In this document: piece by piece, positions 12,663 to 26,358 of the stretch
Numbering within the stretch: the first letter of the stretch is position 1
How the letters are laid out: every line of letters starts with the position of its first letter
NCBI RefSeq assembly: GCF_001194135.2
Contig: NC_068985.1
Span: 18,671,166 to 18,735,165 of the forward strand
Direction of reading: 5' to 3'
Length of the DNA: 64,000 bases
From: Octopus bimaculoides
Taxonomy: Eukaryota
Notes under the pieces: model-generated
Told to the model about the DNA's origin: nothing
Seen by the model: the letters and a program-made list of their open reading frames with translations, nothing else
Databases searched by the model: none
Translations under genes and position numbers: made by a program

Positions 12663-13100
12663 ATATCATCATCATCATTTAACGTCCGTTGTCCATGCTG
12701 GTATAGGTTGGACGATTTGACTGAACTGCCAAGCTGGAAGGCTGCACCAGACTCCAGTCTGATTTGGCATAGTTTTCTACGGCTGGATGCCCTTCCAAAT
12801 GCCAACCACTCCAAGAGTGTAATGGGTGCTTTTACGTGCCACTGGCACAGATACTGTTTGCATGACACCGGAGTGCATTTACGTGTCACCAGCATGGGTG
12901 TGAATTTGCATGACACCAGTATCTGCCATATCTGTGATTTTGCTCGGCTTGATGGGTCTTCTCAAACACAACATAATGCCAAAGATCTTGGTCATTGCCT
13001 CCGTGAAGCCCAACACTTGAAAGGAACTCAGCCACTCTGCCTCCATGAGGCCCAACGCTCAAAAGGAACTCAGCCACCTTGCTTCTGTGAAGCCCAAATT
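12663..13100 (-). mobile_element. Older RTE 3' end with duplicated modules
   Basis: Same tail core, plus three GAGGCCCAA/GAAGCCCAA..AAAGGAACTCAGCCAC modules. Confidence 0.75.
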
Positions 13101-13302
13101 TTAAAAAATTATTTTACTTTTTGCAACGTATGTCAGTTGCATTGTATCATATAAAAACAGTGTTTACAGTAAGCTACTATAAAGGCAACCATTTCTATGT
13201 AGATAAAACTGTGTATTAAGTAAATAAAATTCTATAATGACAGTTAGGTGCAGTCGAAACATAAATTAGAAGAACTACCAGAAATTAACTTTAATAATGT
13301 TT

Positions 13303-13797
13303 ACATTAAAGCAAGTAGCTACATCGAAGTAGGAGATGAATGTCACTACTAGTTTAACCCCAGGCGGAGTAGTAACATTCATTTGCCACTTTGATGTAGC
13401 TACTCGCTTTAATGTTTGGTATACGTTACTACTCTATCTCTTCTTGAGATTTCGTAGCTAGCTATTTTGCTTGTTGCAAATCAGTGACCGATGGTCACTT
13501 TGTTTACAATATATCGCTGGCAGAAGCGGATCTTAGCTACACTCCACTGCACAGGTGCATGAGGCTGATGTGAGCCAGATAGCTCGAAACTGGCCGGTCC
13601 CATGATCCTGTCAGCTGTTGGAGGGTAGTCGGGGCCCACTCCCGTTGCTAGTGATGTATTGTGTGTAAAAGGTGCAGAGCTTGCACCGAAAACCAGCTGC
13701 CAGAGAATCCACTTGGGTTTAAACTAGTTGTTACATTCATCTGCCACTTTCGCTTTACTGTTTAGTATACATTTCTACTCTATCTCTTCTTGAGATT
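13303..13797 (+). mobile_element. Penelope-like non-autonomous element: inverted arm, direct repeat and degenerate hammerhead
   Basis: 48-bp hairpin 13303-13415, direct repeat about 13368-13452 versus 13724-13797, and hammerhead-like motif 13554-13604. Confidence 0.55.
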
Positions 13798-15259
13798 TTT
13801 AGAATTTAGTTTGGATTCAGTCTTAGAGTCAAATTTACTGATCATTTCCTGTTTAGTTTATAATTCTATTTTAATTACACAAAAAGTGTCACAAATTTGG
13901 TATATTATGCAATATACCCTTTATACTGAATTTCTTACCATGAGTTGCCATCAGAGTTAAAACTTGAAATAATCATAAATGTATTTGCATTTAATACTTA
14001 GTGAACTATAAAATGATATAATATATTGCATATCTTTTCTTTGGTAAACAATAAATATTAAATACTGTAGAAATTATATTTAAATAACAAAGATCACTTT
14101 GAAACAAAACAAAAAAAAAAGAGAAGATTAAATTGCAGAAACAGTTTTATTAATTACAGAAACTGGAATGGCTCATTAGCAAATTCAGTAGTTTGAAGTT
14201 TTTCATTTTTGTTTGTTTGTTTTTTTTTCGTTTTAAAGATTAACCTTTTCTACTTGGCAGTAATTTTACAAAAATTGGTTGTCCAATAGTAAATATTTCA
14301 TCAAAATAGGTCTTTGCAAATGAAAAATAAACAAAAGTGTTACTATTGCAAAATAGCTGATATTAAAAAAAAAAGTCAACAAATGAATTATTTTATTGAA
14401 TAAAAAGTTTTGTTCACTTTTTCAGTGTGAATTTAGTGACGATTATTTACAGGCATTTGAAATACTGTGAATCAGCTAGCTAGCAAAGAAGTGAAATAAT
14501 AAAATAAGAGCATAAATCACAACCAATATAACAAAAATTACTTGAATTTTGGATGATATTTCTTTTAAGTGATGAATAGACTAGGATTGAAAGATAAAGT
14601 GTGTTTGCTATTAAAATTGACAATTTAATAAATTGTAACTGTTTGTAGCAATTTTTTAAAAACTGAAGGTGAATACAAGAAGTAATATCAACAATAATAA
14701 TAATAACAATACTGTAAAATTTAGGCTTTGATGATAAATGAAAATGGAAGAAATTCGCAAGTCAGACAAATTCAAATATGTTTAAATTAGAAGGAATTCA
14801 ACATATTTTAAAAAAGCAGTTGTAAAAAATATATGTGAATAGACCCAAGAAATGTTAAAAATACTATTGTAAAAAATATGGTAGGCAAAGATTGGACCTG
14901 AATTAATCTCTTAATGATTATTATTTTGAAGGTGTTATGATGTTTTCAAAACAGCCCCAATACAAATCAAAGATTTGATGAGAATAAAATGTATAGAACA
15001 CAAAGCTTTGGTTAGATATGAATTAACTAATGGAATACTAGGAATCATTAATTTTGACAGAGTTTCCAGCCTTCACCTGCCATGTAGAGAATTTTGTTGG
15101 ATTTTTTCATTGGAACTTTCACTGTCATAGCTTTATCAACATCATTTCTACTTGATTTATGATAAAATGTATCATCTGAGTAGTTTTACCTATTAATATT
15201 GTAGAGGGCAGAGTACAGAAGGTAAATATATTCAGATAAATATAATACATGTAGCCTTT

Positions 15260-15600
15260 GTGAAGGTGCATGGCTCAATGGTTACAGTATTCGGCTCACA
15301 ATCATGAGGTAGTGAGTTTGATTCCTGGATCAGGCTGTGTGTCATGTTCTTGAGCAAGACATTTTGTTTCATGTTGTTCCAGTTCACTCAGCTGTAGAAA
15401 TGAGTTGTGATGTAACTGGTGCCAAGCTGTATCAGCCTATGCTTTTCCCTTGGATAACACTGGTAGTGTGAAGAACGGAAAATGGATTTCATGGGCGACT
15501 GCTGGCCTTCCACAAACAGCCTTGCTTGGACTTGTGCCTCAGAGGGGGAACTTTCTAGAAGCAATCCCATGGTCATTCATGACCAGAAAGTGTCCTTACC
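15260..15600 (+). mobile_element. tRNA-derived SINE (family D)
   Basis: Head TGGCTCAATGGTTA..GAGTTTGATTCC and body TTGAGCAAGACA..CCAGTTCACTCAGCTG. Related copies at 20510-20838 (+), 3866-4185 (+), 21735-22003 (-) and 45272-45592 (-). Confidence 0.8.
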
Positions 15601-16270
15601 CTTTACATGTAACCTTGTTTAATCACTGGTTCATTCATCACAGGTTGATTTGTGATAACATGGGTCAAGGATCAGTGAAAGATTCTGCTTGTGCCACAGA
15701 AACTTACCCTAGTGACCATTCACAATGCTCAGCTACCTAAAATGCACCAATTATCGCTTGTTTTGGCATCACCATGTTGTGAGACTGCATATTTTTTAAT
15801 ACGGATGTATGTACTCACACCTATCAATATGACACCAGTGAACAGAAAGAATACAATGGTGCCTGATCTTAAGGAACAATGCAGACAAGTGTATTCTCTA
15901 CAGGAAAAGATAGAGATGTTCAAGAAAACACGATGGTGGAAGCTTCATTGTTGTAGACTGCAAGTTTGGTGCCAATGAATCCACCATTCTATTTACAAAA
16001 TGTATAGAGATAATTCATCTATGACTATGTGGGTTTTTTTTTAACCCCTGTGATAAACAAGGATAGATTTCCTAAAAACATTTACTGTGATGCAGCACAG
16101 AACTTTGTCAGTGAACAGGTTGCGGTCTCAAAGTGACGAAAATATTTTGACAAATTAAATTTAAATGTTGAAGTGAATCTAACGGTTTTTGTGTGTTATT
16201 TTAAATGGCTTATAAACACCTTCCACGCTGCAATTATTTACTGAAAGTAGTGTAGAAATTAATTCATATA

Positions 16271-16735
16271 TGGTGAGAATGGAGGAGGATAGCTGCGTGA
16301 AAAAGTGCCACACCCTAACAGTTGAGGGAACCCGTGGAAGAGGTAGGCCCAGGAAGACCTGGGCTGAGGTGGTGAGGCAAGACCTTCGTACATTGGGCCT
16401 CACCGAGGCGATGACTACTGACCGAGACCTTTGGAAATGTGCTGTGCGTGAGAAGACCCGGCAAGCCAAGTAAGATCGTTGCCAGTGCCCCTGGACTGGC
16501 TTGTGCGGGTGGCACATAAAAGACACCATTTCAAGCGTGGCCGTTTTCGTGCGGGTGACACGTAAAAGCACCCACTACACTCTCTGAGTGGTTGGCGTTA
16601 GGAAGGGCATCCAGCTGTAGAAACTCTGCCAAATCAGACTGGAGCCTGGTGTTGCCATCCGGTTTCACCAGTCCTCAGTCAAATCGTCCAACCCATGCTA
16701 GCATGGAAAGCGGACGTTAAACGATGATGATGATG
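16271..16735 (+). mobile_element. 5'-truncated RTE LINE (RT C-terminus, 3' UTR, (GAT)n)
   Basis: VRMEEDSCVKKCHTLTVEGTRGRGRPRKTWAEVVRQDL..WKCAVREKTRQAK* contains the RTE-clade R.RGRP...W...V..D motif. Confidence 0.9.
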
Positions 16736-16982
16736 AACTTCTTGAAGTTTATAGTTTAAAGGATTATTTTTAAATTATATACCTAGATTGAACTACATTA
16801 AAAATCTGAGAAATAAATAATATATTCCTATTTTACTCTGATGCTTTTTCAAGTGCCTATATCGATTTTAAATGAATCTAGAATTTAATTTGATATATGT
16901 CAAATCCAGCTGCTAGAATTTTTTCCTTTCATTCTACAGCTAAATAAATATACATATAAAATTATATAAGCACAAGAAATGT

Positions 16983-17376
16983 TTAATACCCTTTGTTTAG
17001 ATTAAATTTAATCTTTCTCTTTGTCAGATTACTCTATCAAATGTAATGCTTATTCTCATTGCTTTGAATGACTGTATTTTAACGTGTATAAGAAACCCCC
17101 TAATTTCGGGGGCTTAAAATTTGGAAACAAGGTTTTGTAAGGGATTATAATACTATCCATGTATAAGAACTCCCATATTTTTTTTGACAAAAAAGGGTTC
17201 CTTATACATGTTAAAATACAGTAATAATGCATTGTCTCTTAGCTTTGAGATTTTGATGATGTGACTTTATTTTTAGAATGACATTGTAGGGTAGGTGTAA
17301 GAGGTCAGATCTGGCTAGTTTGAACAGGTAGAATATTTAGGTTGGATATAGATGGTTTAAATGCTAAAGGGTTGAA
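16983..17376. mobile_element. piggyBac-type MITE (host); second partial copy at 17488-17660
   Basis: Right end AATGCTAAAGGGTTGAA. The second copy starts TTAACCCTTAGCATT and matches across the insertion site. Confidence 0.65.
17072..17221. mobile_element. pogo-type MITE nested in a piggyBac-type MITE
   Basis: 27-bp TIR CTGTATTTTAACGTGTATAAGAAACCC with 2 mismatches; TA on the right. Confidence 0.8.
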
Positions 17377-20300
17377 CTCAAAATTATAAAAAACCTAGCT
17401 GCCCAAAACAACCTACATTTATTCCAATTAAAAATTCAAAAGTAGGATATATTTGGTTTGTCATAAGAAAGAAGAAAGTCTAACATTTAACCCTTAGCAT
17501 TCAGATTTATTAAACGTAAAGCTTATTTATACACATAGTTTTGTATTTATCATTCATGATCTTGCAACTTCAAGATTTCAATGATGTGATTTAGTTTTCA
17601 GAATGACTTTGTAGTGTAGGTGTGAGAGACCAGATCTGCCCTGTTTGAACATACTAGAGTTAAAATTCATTAAAAAAAAAACACGTCTGCACTATTTCTA
17701 TTTAAGATCTTCAGGAGTACATTGCCATTTATGCTATTTAAGTATTTTGTTTTATAAAATAATAGTTAGGTTCACTGTATTATAGATGTTCAGTTCACTC
17801 TTTCAGTTTCCAAAATGCTTCAAGCCAACAATCTTATCAGTAATGGACATATGAGCATAGATTTGACAGGGGCAAATGTCTACATTCTTTCTCCGTACAG
17901 CTGCCATCAAGGAAGAAAAAAGTCTGCCCGTGTTTCTCAAATAATTTGACAAAGATGAAAGAAGAAGGAATTGGTTCTTCATTTCCTAAATTTGAAGGTT
18001 TAAGCATATGTTTTCTCAATGTAAATATCATAAAAGAAGAAAAGGTATTGAAAGGATGGAAGACCATAAACTGGCTGACTGACGAACTCAGTATCAGAAA
18101 AATAAGAGAATCTAGAAGGAATTTTTCTTTTTGTCATGATAGAAAATATATGACACCCCACCCCATCTCAGAGAGAACTATATGTGACAAGAAAGAATAA
18201 ACAGGATCCATAACCATACATAGTAAATATGTTTACATAATACATACATACATAGACACACAAATAATTACTAGTATGGTGGCCCAGCATAGCCAGGGCT
18301 GAAATGTATAAAAGAATACACACACACACACACAAACAGTTATACATACATACTTTTAGAGATATTTGTACACACATAAGATATATAACGTGCAGCTTAG
18401 ATTTGTGCCAGAATGGGATACCACTGTTCCCTTTTCAATAGTAAGAATTGTAAACAAAGAGCAAGCCACGATATCTTACACTTATTGACCTGGTGGCAGT
18501 TTTTGACAATGTACCACATTCTAGAGCCCAGTGGTCTCAAGAAAACAGAGATTCGGAAGAAGGCTTTTAAGAGCAGCACAAACCATAAATATACAGGATC
18601 TGTGAGTAAAATGTAAGTTAGCAACAAATTCAATAAGGAATTCAGAGTACAAGTGTCTATTGTGGCCTTGTTCTCCTCCTCCTCCTTTTTAATATAATCC
18701 TCGAGGCCATAAATAAGGAACTCAATATCAACTGTCTGTGGGAGTGCCTGTCTATATGCAGATGGACTTAGTTTTCATAGCTGAGTTTTATCTTTTACTT
18801 GTTTCAGTTATTGGACTGCAGTCATGCTGGGACCCATTTTGAAGGGTTTTAGTCAAACAAACCAGACTCCAGTACTTATATTCTATTTAAGTTTAGCACT
18901 TATTCTATCAGTTTCTTTTTTACTCAATCCACTTCAGATCATATTAGGGAGTTAAAATTGAAACTGGGTTCGATTTTGCTGATCTAACAAGAATGGGAGA
19001 TTGCGAGAAAGAGAATTCTAAAATTTTAATTATGGTGGGAAATATTAGATGTATGCTTTCAAGCAACAGTAGCTACGTTTTACATTACGCTTTTCAAAGA
19101 ACTTATGATATATGGCTGGTAGTAAAATGTTTTCTGGGATTTTTTATGAATGGCAGAAAATCTTTTAACTGTATTAGATACTACATTCATGCAATATGGA
19201 AGTAAGTCTAAACTAAATTATGTCTTTTTATTTAGTTTTAATGCTCTGTGGGGCTAGTTCCATAAATTGTATTTGGGTTTTTTTAATAAACCACTTTTCA
19301 GTGCACAATTGCAGTAGAGTATGATGCAATTAAATATGTCCCCTTCAGAAGATAGTAATGAAATTCTATTAACAATGTTCTTTGTTTTTTTATTATGATG
19401 ACTGTGTGGATGGTCAGAGATTTTCATTATGTAACAACTATTATTATTCCTTATCCTTCCAATCTAAACTCCATTCAGCTGGGGAGTCTTATCTTGTGGG
19501 TACTTTGTGATCCCATCAGTGCCACCCAGAAAGCACTCAGTACACTCTGATAAGCAGTTAGCATTAGAAAGAACATCCAGCTGTAGAAACCATGCCAAAG
19601 CAGACACAGAAGCCGGTGCAGCCTTCTGGCTTGTCCCTTCTTGTGAAACTACCCAACCCATGCCAGCATGGAAAAGGGGACATTAAATGATGATTATGAT
19701 GATGATGAATCATGTACATTATATCTTCATTTGGCTTTGCAACACCAACATAGCAATAGTCTTCATTTCCATAATGCTCATCATTATATTAAATATTTGA
19801 TCCACACCTAAATACAAACACACACACAGTAGTAATTCCCTTCGTACAAATGACAAGTAACTTAACCACTTCCACAAAGAACCACCCCTGCAACTCACTA
19901 TAACCAGACTACTGGCTTACACTGTTGCATACCCCATTTAAGCACCCTAGACATTACCATTTGACCAATGAAAAATGAATAATCCAGTGTTTTCCAGATC
20001 GAACACTAAGTCCACCTATTTATCTTGTCACTTGAACAGAACTAACATACAAAACAAGAAACTTGGAAAAGCAATGGATTGAACCATCAGCTTTGAACAA
20101 AAAGTATGCAGTAGTCAACAGGGCTTTAGAACCATTGAGTAGATTTTGGAAATTCATATAATTTTTATGAAGAGAATGGATAAACTAAATCTGTATTGTT
20201 TAACTCACCCACCAATATTTTACAAATTATATTTGATATAAGCTGTTTCAGTCATTAGGCTGTGCCCCGGTAATGACTGTTTCAATCATTACTGGGGCAC

Positions 20301-20446
20301 AACCTTAAAAAGCTTAGTCAAACAAATTAACCCTAGTACATATTTTAAGCTTACTGCTAAGTCGCAGGGATGTAAACAAACCTATACTGGTTGTCAGGTG
20401 GCAGTGGGGATAAACAAAAAGGCATACATCCACACACATGTATATA

Positions 20447-20505
<59 letters not shown>

Positions 20506-21189
20506 TGTGCAGGGCTCAGTGGTTATAGTGTCAGGCTCACAATCATGAGGTAGTGAGTTCGATTCCCAGACCAGGCTGTGTGTTATATTCTTTATGCAAG
20601 GTACTTTATTTTACGTTGCTCCAGTTCACTCAGCTGTAGAAATGAGTTGCGATGTCACAGGTGCCAAGCTGTATCAGCCTTTGCTTTCACCTTGGATAAC
20701 ATCAGTGGTGTGGAGAGGGGAGGCAGGTATGCATGAGCAACTGCTGGTCTTCCATAAACAACCTTGCCCGGACTTGTGCATTGGAGGGTAACTTTCTAGA
20801 TGCAATCCCATGGTTATTCATGACCGAAGGGGTCTTTACTCTTTTTATATATATATATATATATATATATTTATTTATTTATGACAAGTCTCTACACAGT
20901 TTCCATCTATCAAATCCACTCATAAAGCATTGGTCAGCCAAGAGCTAAAGTAGAGGACACTTGCCCAAGGTGTCACACAGTGGGACTGAACCTAAAACCG
21001 CATGGTTGCAAAGCAAGTTTCTTAACTACACAGTCATGCTTGCACCTACATTTATTTAATTTCAATAAGTTTTAATTTTCGTTCTGCACATTGAACTCAT
21101 AGCACCAGATATTCATAGCCAGAAGTGAAACATTGTTATTTGCATAAACAATAATTTTTGGGGTTTTTTTTCTATAAAGCAAAATACAT

Positions 21190-22350
21190 CTACTAAATCA
21201 ATATCCAATGCGATGATATTTCCTCTCTTTGCAACAAAAACACAAGCAGACACTAGAAATGAGAATTTGTTCAAAGTCTCTTTGATCAGACTGGACAGAT
21301 GTGTTGAGATTCAATGGTTTCTGGACTTTGATGTCACAAGTGACTTTGTTTTAGAGATTTTTCATTAGATTCAGATTGGGCAATTGGGTGGGCCTGGATG
21401 TTAGCCCCATCTTTTTTTTTTTGTTTGTAAAACATAAAATAAATAAATGCTAGATTTGAATGTGCTGTACATTTCAGATCATTGTCATGCATTAAGATTC
21501 ATTTGAGAAGCAACAAGCCTCTATATTCTTCTTGACATTAGAGTGCTGTGATGAATAAGAGTGGAATGAGGAGTCATGAAATCTTCCCAGACCCAGGAAC
21601 TTCTTCAGCCTTAATGTTTCTCTAGAAACAGTTGAGATTCAGTTTCTCACCAAAATGATGGGTCACATACATCCTGCCATTTAAATAGCTGACGCTCTGT
21701 TGGTTAGGACGATGAGGGATCCAGTCAACAGAACAGCCTACTTGTGAAATTAACATTGCAAATGGCTGAGCACTCCACAGACACATGTACCCTTAATGTA
21801 ATTCCCAGGGAGATTCAGTATGACACAGAATGTGACAAGGTTGGCCCTTTTCTGTAATACTCGTTTTTGTCAGCTGAGTGAACTGGAGCAATGTCAAATA
21901 AAGTGTATTGCTCAAGGACACAATGGACCACCAGGAATTGAACTCACGACTTTATAATCATGAGCCAAATACCCTAACCACTAAACCACGTGCCTTCACA
22001 TTTAGATAAGAACTGGTTGAGCAAACATTCATCTTTCTACTCCACAATAACTCACTCACCCAGTGTCCAACCTATATAAACCCTGGTAAATTTGTAACAG
22101 GTTTCTCAGTTCTTCAATTAAAAAAAAATGTCATTTTGCAAGTGATGTCCTCATTTAATCTGAATTGTTTGAGCTGTCTGACTTTGATGTCGACTTCAGA
22201 CATTCAAGAGTTAGACCCTGATAGTCTTTGAATGTCTCTGCTTTCTCTTGAGGAGGTTTTCATGGGTCTGCCACTTTCAGGATGATCATGGTAGCTGCCT
22301 GTGTTTCTTTAGGTAGCAACAGCCACAAGAAGAATGAATTAATCAACACA
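21190..22350 (-). mobile_element. Degraded Tc1-family transposase, interrupted by a SINE
   Basis: The minus strand reads DHPESGRPMKTSSRESRDIQRL (HTH), GRMYV..GEKL..C, HDNDLKCTA (cf. QDNDPKH) and PTQLPNLNLMKNL (cf. SPDLNPIENLW). Confidence 0.6.
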
Positions 22351-24815
22351 TAAAGTGATGTCCTTGTAGCAAACACCTTTATAAGCAACAAACTCACATT
22401 TCCATCCCCAATTTCACAATTACCCTTATACTAGAAAAAATTCAATAGTATCATAAAATTTAACTAAAGTTTGCAAATAATTTTTACTGATTCTAAACCT
22501 AGAGAATCATGAAATTTTAAACCAGAAAATAGTTTAATTAAAGATATAATCAAACAAATCTTTATTATCTATTGTAATTGTATAATAATTTCTCTATATT
22601 GTTATGTGTATTGATTATTAATTTTACCTGAAAAATATTAAAAACATTTAAAAATCTACTCAATGGTTCTAAACTTATGGCAGCCATGATGATAGCTGGC
22701 CTTGCAGAGTATTTTATTTTGCTACATATTCATACACATATCTAATACACACAAACATATATATATATATATATATATATAAAATAAAGATTCAGTTGAA
22801 TCAGGTACTTAAATTGAGGCACCATGCTAGTTCAGTAAAATCTGCACACCCCAACAATATTATTTAAATATTGAATATCAAGACTCCATGCAGGGGTATT
22901 TGTACCCAATATTCCTATTGTGTGTATAGACAATGTAACCCAGCTAAGTGAAGATATCTGCTCTTGGTAATTCAGACACGTACTTTTTATAAAGGTACTT
23001 TCTATAGTATTTCTGAAGTGCAGATTCCAAGTTAGGTGAACAGAATATAAATAAGTAACAAAGATGTACAGGTGTCAATTCATATTTAGAGAGAAAAAAG
23101 ACATACAAACACAAATGTGTATGCACATCATACATGTCATGTCTATTAGCAACAAAGAGTTTCAGAGAAAATGGAAGAGAAGGAGTGATAAGGACTTGGG
23201 AGAAAATGATCCGATGATAACACATTTCACAAACGAGATGATGAAGGACCATGTCAACTGGCAATACAAGATGCTGGAGAAAACATGACCTTTCCCACTC
23301 ACTCACCTGTGCAAGCATGGCAAATCAAACATTAAAAAGTGACATGCATAATGGAAGCAAAGAAGTATCTGCTGCCTCTCTTGCCATTTTGATACCCACT
23401 TATCTTCTTATCCCCCATTACTGTCACTTAAGCTGGTCATTTAATGAGAGATGATACTGGATCTAACTATATTTAGTACCCCTATCGCCACCCTTACCAA
23501 TCTAAATCCTTCGTCCACCACAAGGTCTATGTATCAGATATTGCATCAGATCTGTTTGTACCTGATACGCTCCGCTACCACACTTTTTGTACTACCAGTC
23601 ATCACTCGCTCTCCTTTAGGTAGCTTGTTACTGATATCCATCACTCGCTCTTACCATTGTCCACATCTCTTATTTCCCATCACTCCCTCACCTTCACAAT
23701 CCAATCACTCTGTTTCTGCCATCAAACACTCTCTCTTCACCTACCCATTTTGGTTCATCTGCCATTATTCTATTTTCAATTCACCTTCTCAGCCACATTG
23801 CCTTCAGTAAATAAACATGTCTAAGAGAAGTGAGGATTCTTTACACTTGTGATGTACAATGCAAACCCCACTGATGCTGGTGCCATGAAAAATGTATGTT
23901 ACACATTCTGTAAAGAGCAGAGGAAACACAGAGTTAAGCAGACCCTTTACTCTTGTCTTCTTAAGAACATGACAATCTCTATAGAGCTAGTACTACGACA
24001 AACTGCACCCAGAACACTCTGTAAAACAGTTGGTGCAAGCATGGAATGTGGATGTAGAATAATAAATGGTGTGTATATGTGTATGTGTGTTTGTGTGTGT
24101 ATGTATGTATGTATGTCATATCAGACCATTATCACTGAATATCTACATTCTATCTGGAACATATAGGAAGGTTTGACAGGATCTGCCAGGTCCAACAGAC
24201 CACATGATGCTCCAATGTCTATTCTGGCCTGGTCTCTATGATTAGATGCACTTCCTAATGCCAGTCAATTTACAGCATGTACTGGGTACTCTTTACAATG
24301 GCACCAGCACTAGTAAGAACCATGCATGCAGCTTGCAAGAGTAAGATTCCCTTCAGCTGAGTGGGGCTACAGCAGAGAAGAAGCTGGATTCATATTCATG
24401 TCAGGAGATGAAGGGTTAAACTGGGAGAGAAGGGACCAGAACAGAATAGGTTTCTTGCACAATGAATGGGGTGGAGCTGTAATGAAATAAAACGGTGGTA
24501 AAATAAATGGTAAAATAGTGGACCTTCAATGTACAAGGTGTGCAGGGGTGAATGGGAGCAGGAGAACAGTGAGTACGAGTGGGTAGAATTGTGTGTGTGT
24601 GTGTGCGTAAATATGTTAACAACCACATGTAAGCATATAGGTGAAAAACAAAGTGGAGAAAATAGTACTTGAATACCAAAGACAGAGTAAAATACTATTT
24701 TACTGAAGTGGAAAAAGTTCAGAAGTTTCATGTAGCTGTTTGTCAGATGACTGTGTGACAAGAGGTTACCTGAAACAAAGTAACAGTTTACATACTTCTG
24801 TCACCATCAATAAAA

Positions 24816-24862
<47 letters not shown>

Positions 24863-26057
24863 NNNNNNNNNNNNNNNNNNNNNNNNNNNNNNNNNNNNNN
24901 NNNNNNNNNNNNNNNNNNNNNNNNNNNNNNNNNNNNNNNNNNNNNNNNNNNNNNNNNNNNNNNNNNNNNNNNNNNNNNNNNNNNNNNNNNNNNNNNNNNN
25001 NNNNNNNNNNNNNNNNNNNNNNNNNNNNNNNNNNNNNNNNNNNNNNNNNNNNNNNNNNNNNNNNNNNNNNNNNNNNNNNNNNNNNNNNNNNNNNNNNNNN
25101 NNNNNNNNNNNNNNNNNNNNNNNNNNNNNNNNNNNNNNNNNNNNNNNNNNNNNNNNNNNNNNNNNNNNNNNNNNNNNNNNNNNNNNNNNNNNNNACACAC
25201 TACCAAAAGAATACTGATCTGTTATTTTTCTCTGGATTTCAACCAGGAGGAATTTCAACTATGTTTCGTGGTCTGCTACCACAACAGCTCCTTTATAGGA
25301 TCCAGTTAGCTCAAGACATCATCAGGAGGAACCACGTCTGGTTTCGGCCCCTACTCCTCTACCGTTTTGACGTGGCGGGGCCCCTCCTTTCGGAGGTGTC
25401 TTCAGCTCTGGTGTTGGGTGCATGTCTTCTTTCACTGTTTGTGACTGTTCTAATTCAACTGTGGAATGTTCAACTAAAGAATCATAGCTGACATTTTTTT
25501 GTTGACTTATCTTAAGCCATGATTAACCAAAAGAAACACAAAGATTTGAAAATTACATTAACGTGTCTGTTTGTGTGGAAGAGATACAAAGAGGCAATGG
25601 TGACTCGAATGACAGAATAGTTCTTGTTTTGAATCATTCCAATATATTGTCTCTTTTGATAGGAAACATTACATAACTTAATTTACTAAGATGTATCTAC
25701 ACTACTTTATGCCACAATATTAATTATTAAAATATTTGCATCAAGGCATATGTAATTACTGATAATGAAGGGGCATTCAACCTTTATCAAAATGGGAGAA
25801 AAACAAAAATTGAAATGTTGTTGATTTCTTATATAGGCACAAAGTTTTACATTTATAAGGAACGAAATGATATTTTACTGCAGTCATGCCTCACTAAATG
25901 TATTAACAACATAATTAAAATTAACTTGGCTTCAATGAAAATATTTATACAGTTGCAAAAATTATTTCACCAATAGTTTATCACCAACTTATGCACTAAG
26001 AGTACACACATACACATACAGTAATGCCTGTCTATATATATATATATATATAGTGTA

Positions 26058-26269
26058 TGAAGGGTACCATTGGTTTCATGGTAAGAAAATATCTTAATAT
26101 CTTAACAATTTTTCAAGCTGATCACATGGAGGAATGGTGTTTGTCTCCATTTTCATCTAAAATGTTTTAATCCAAAATGGAGACAAGCACCATTCCTCCA
26201 TGTGATCGGCTCTAAAAATTGTTAGGATATTAAGATATTTTCTTAACATGAAATCAATGGTAGCCTTAA
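26058..26269. mobile_element. Fold-back mariner-type MITE
   Basis: 101-nt arms (26053-26153 and 26174-26274) with 9 mismatches and a 20-nt loop; TA-flanked TGAAGGG terminus. Confidence 0.8.
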
Positions 26270-26358
26270 TACACAAATAAAGAATCTTTATCCACCAATG
26301 CAGTGTTGAGCATTCATCCTCATTGTTTGACATTTACTTATATATATATACAGTTTCT

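Noticed and set aside
24396-24785. Terminal DENND2-like exon (phase-1 acceptor tttgtttcag, open frame)
   Set aside because: The peptide GNLLSHSHLTNSYMKLL.. has no family similarity and runs into a CA microsatellite; unsupported without RNA data.
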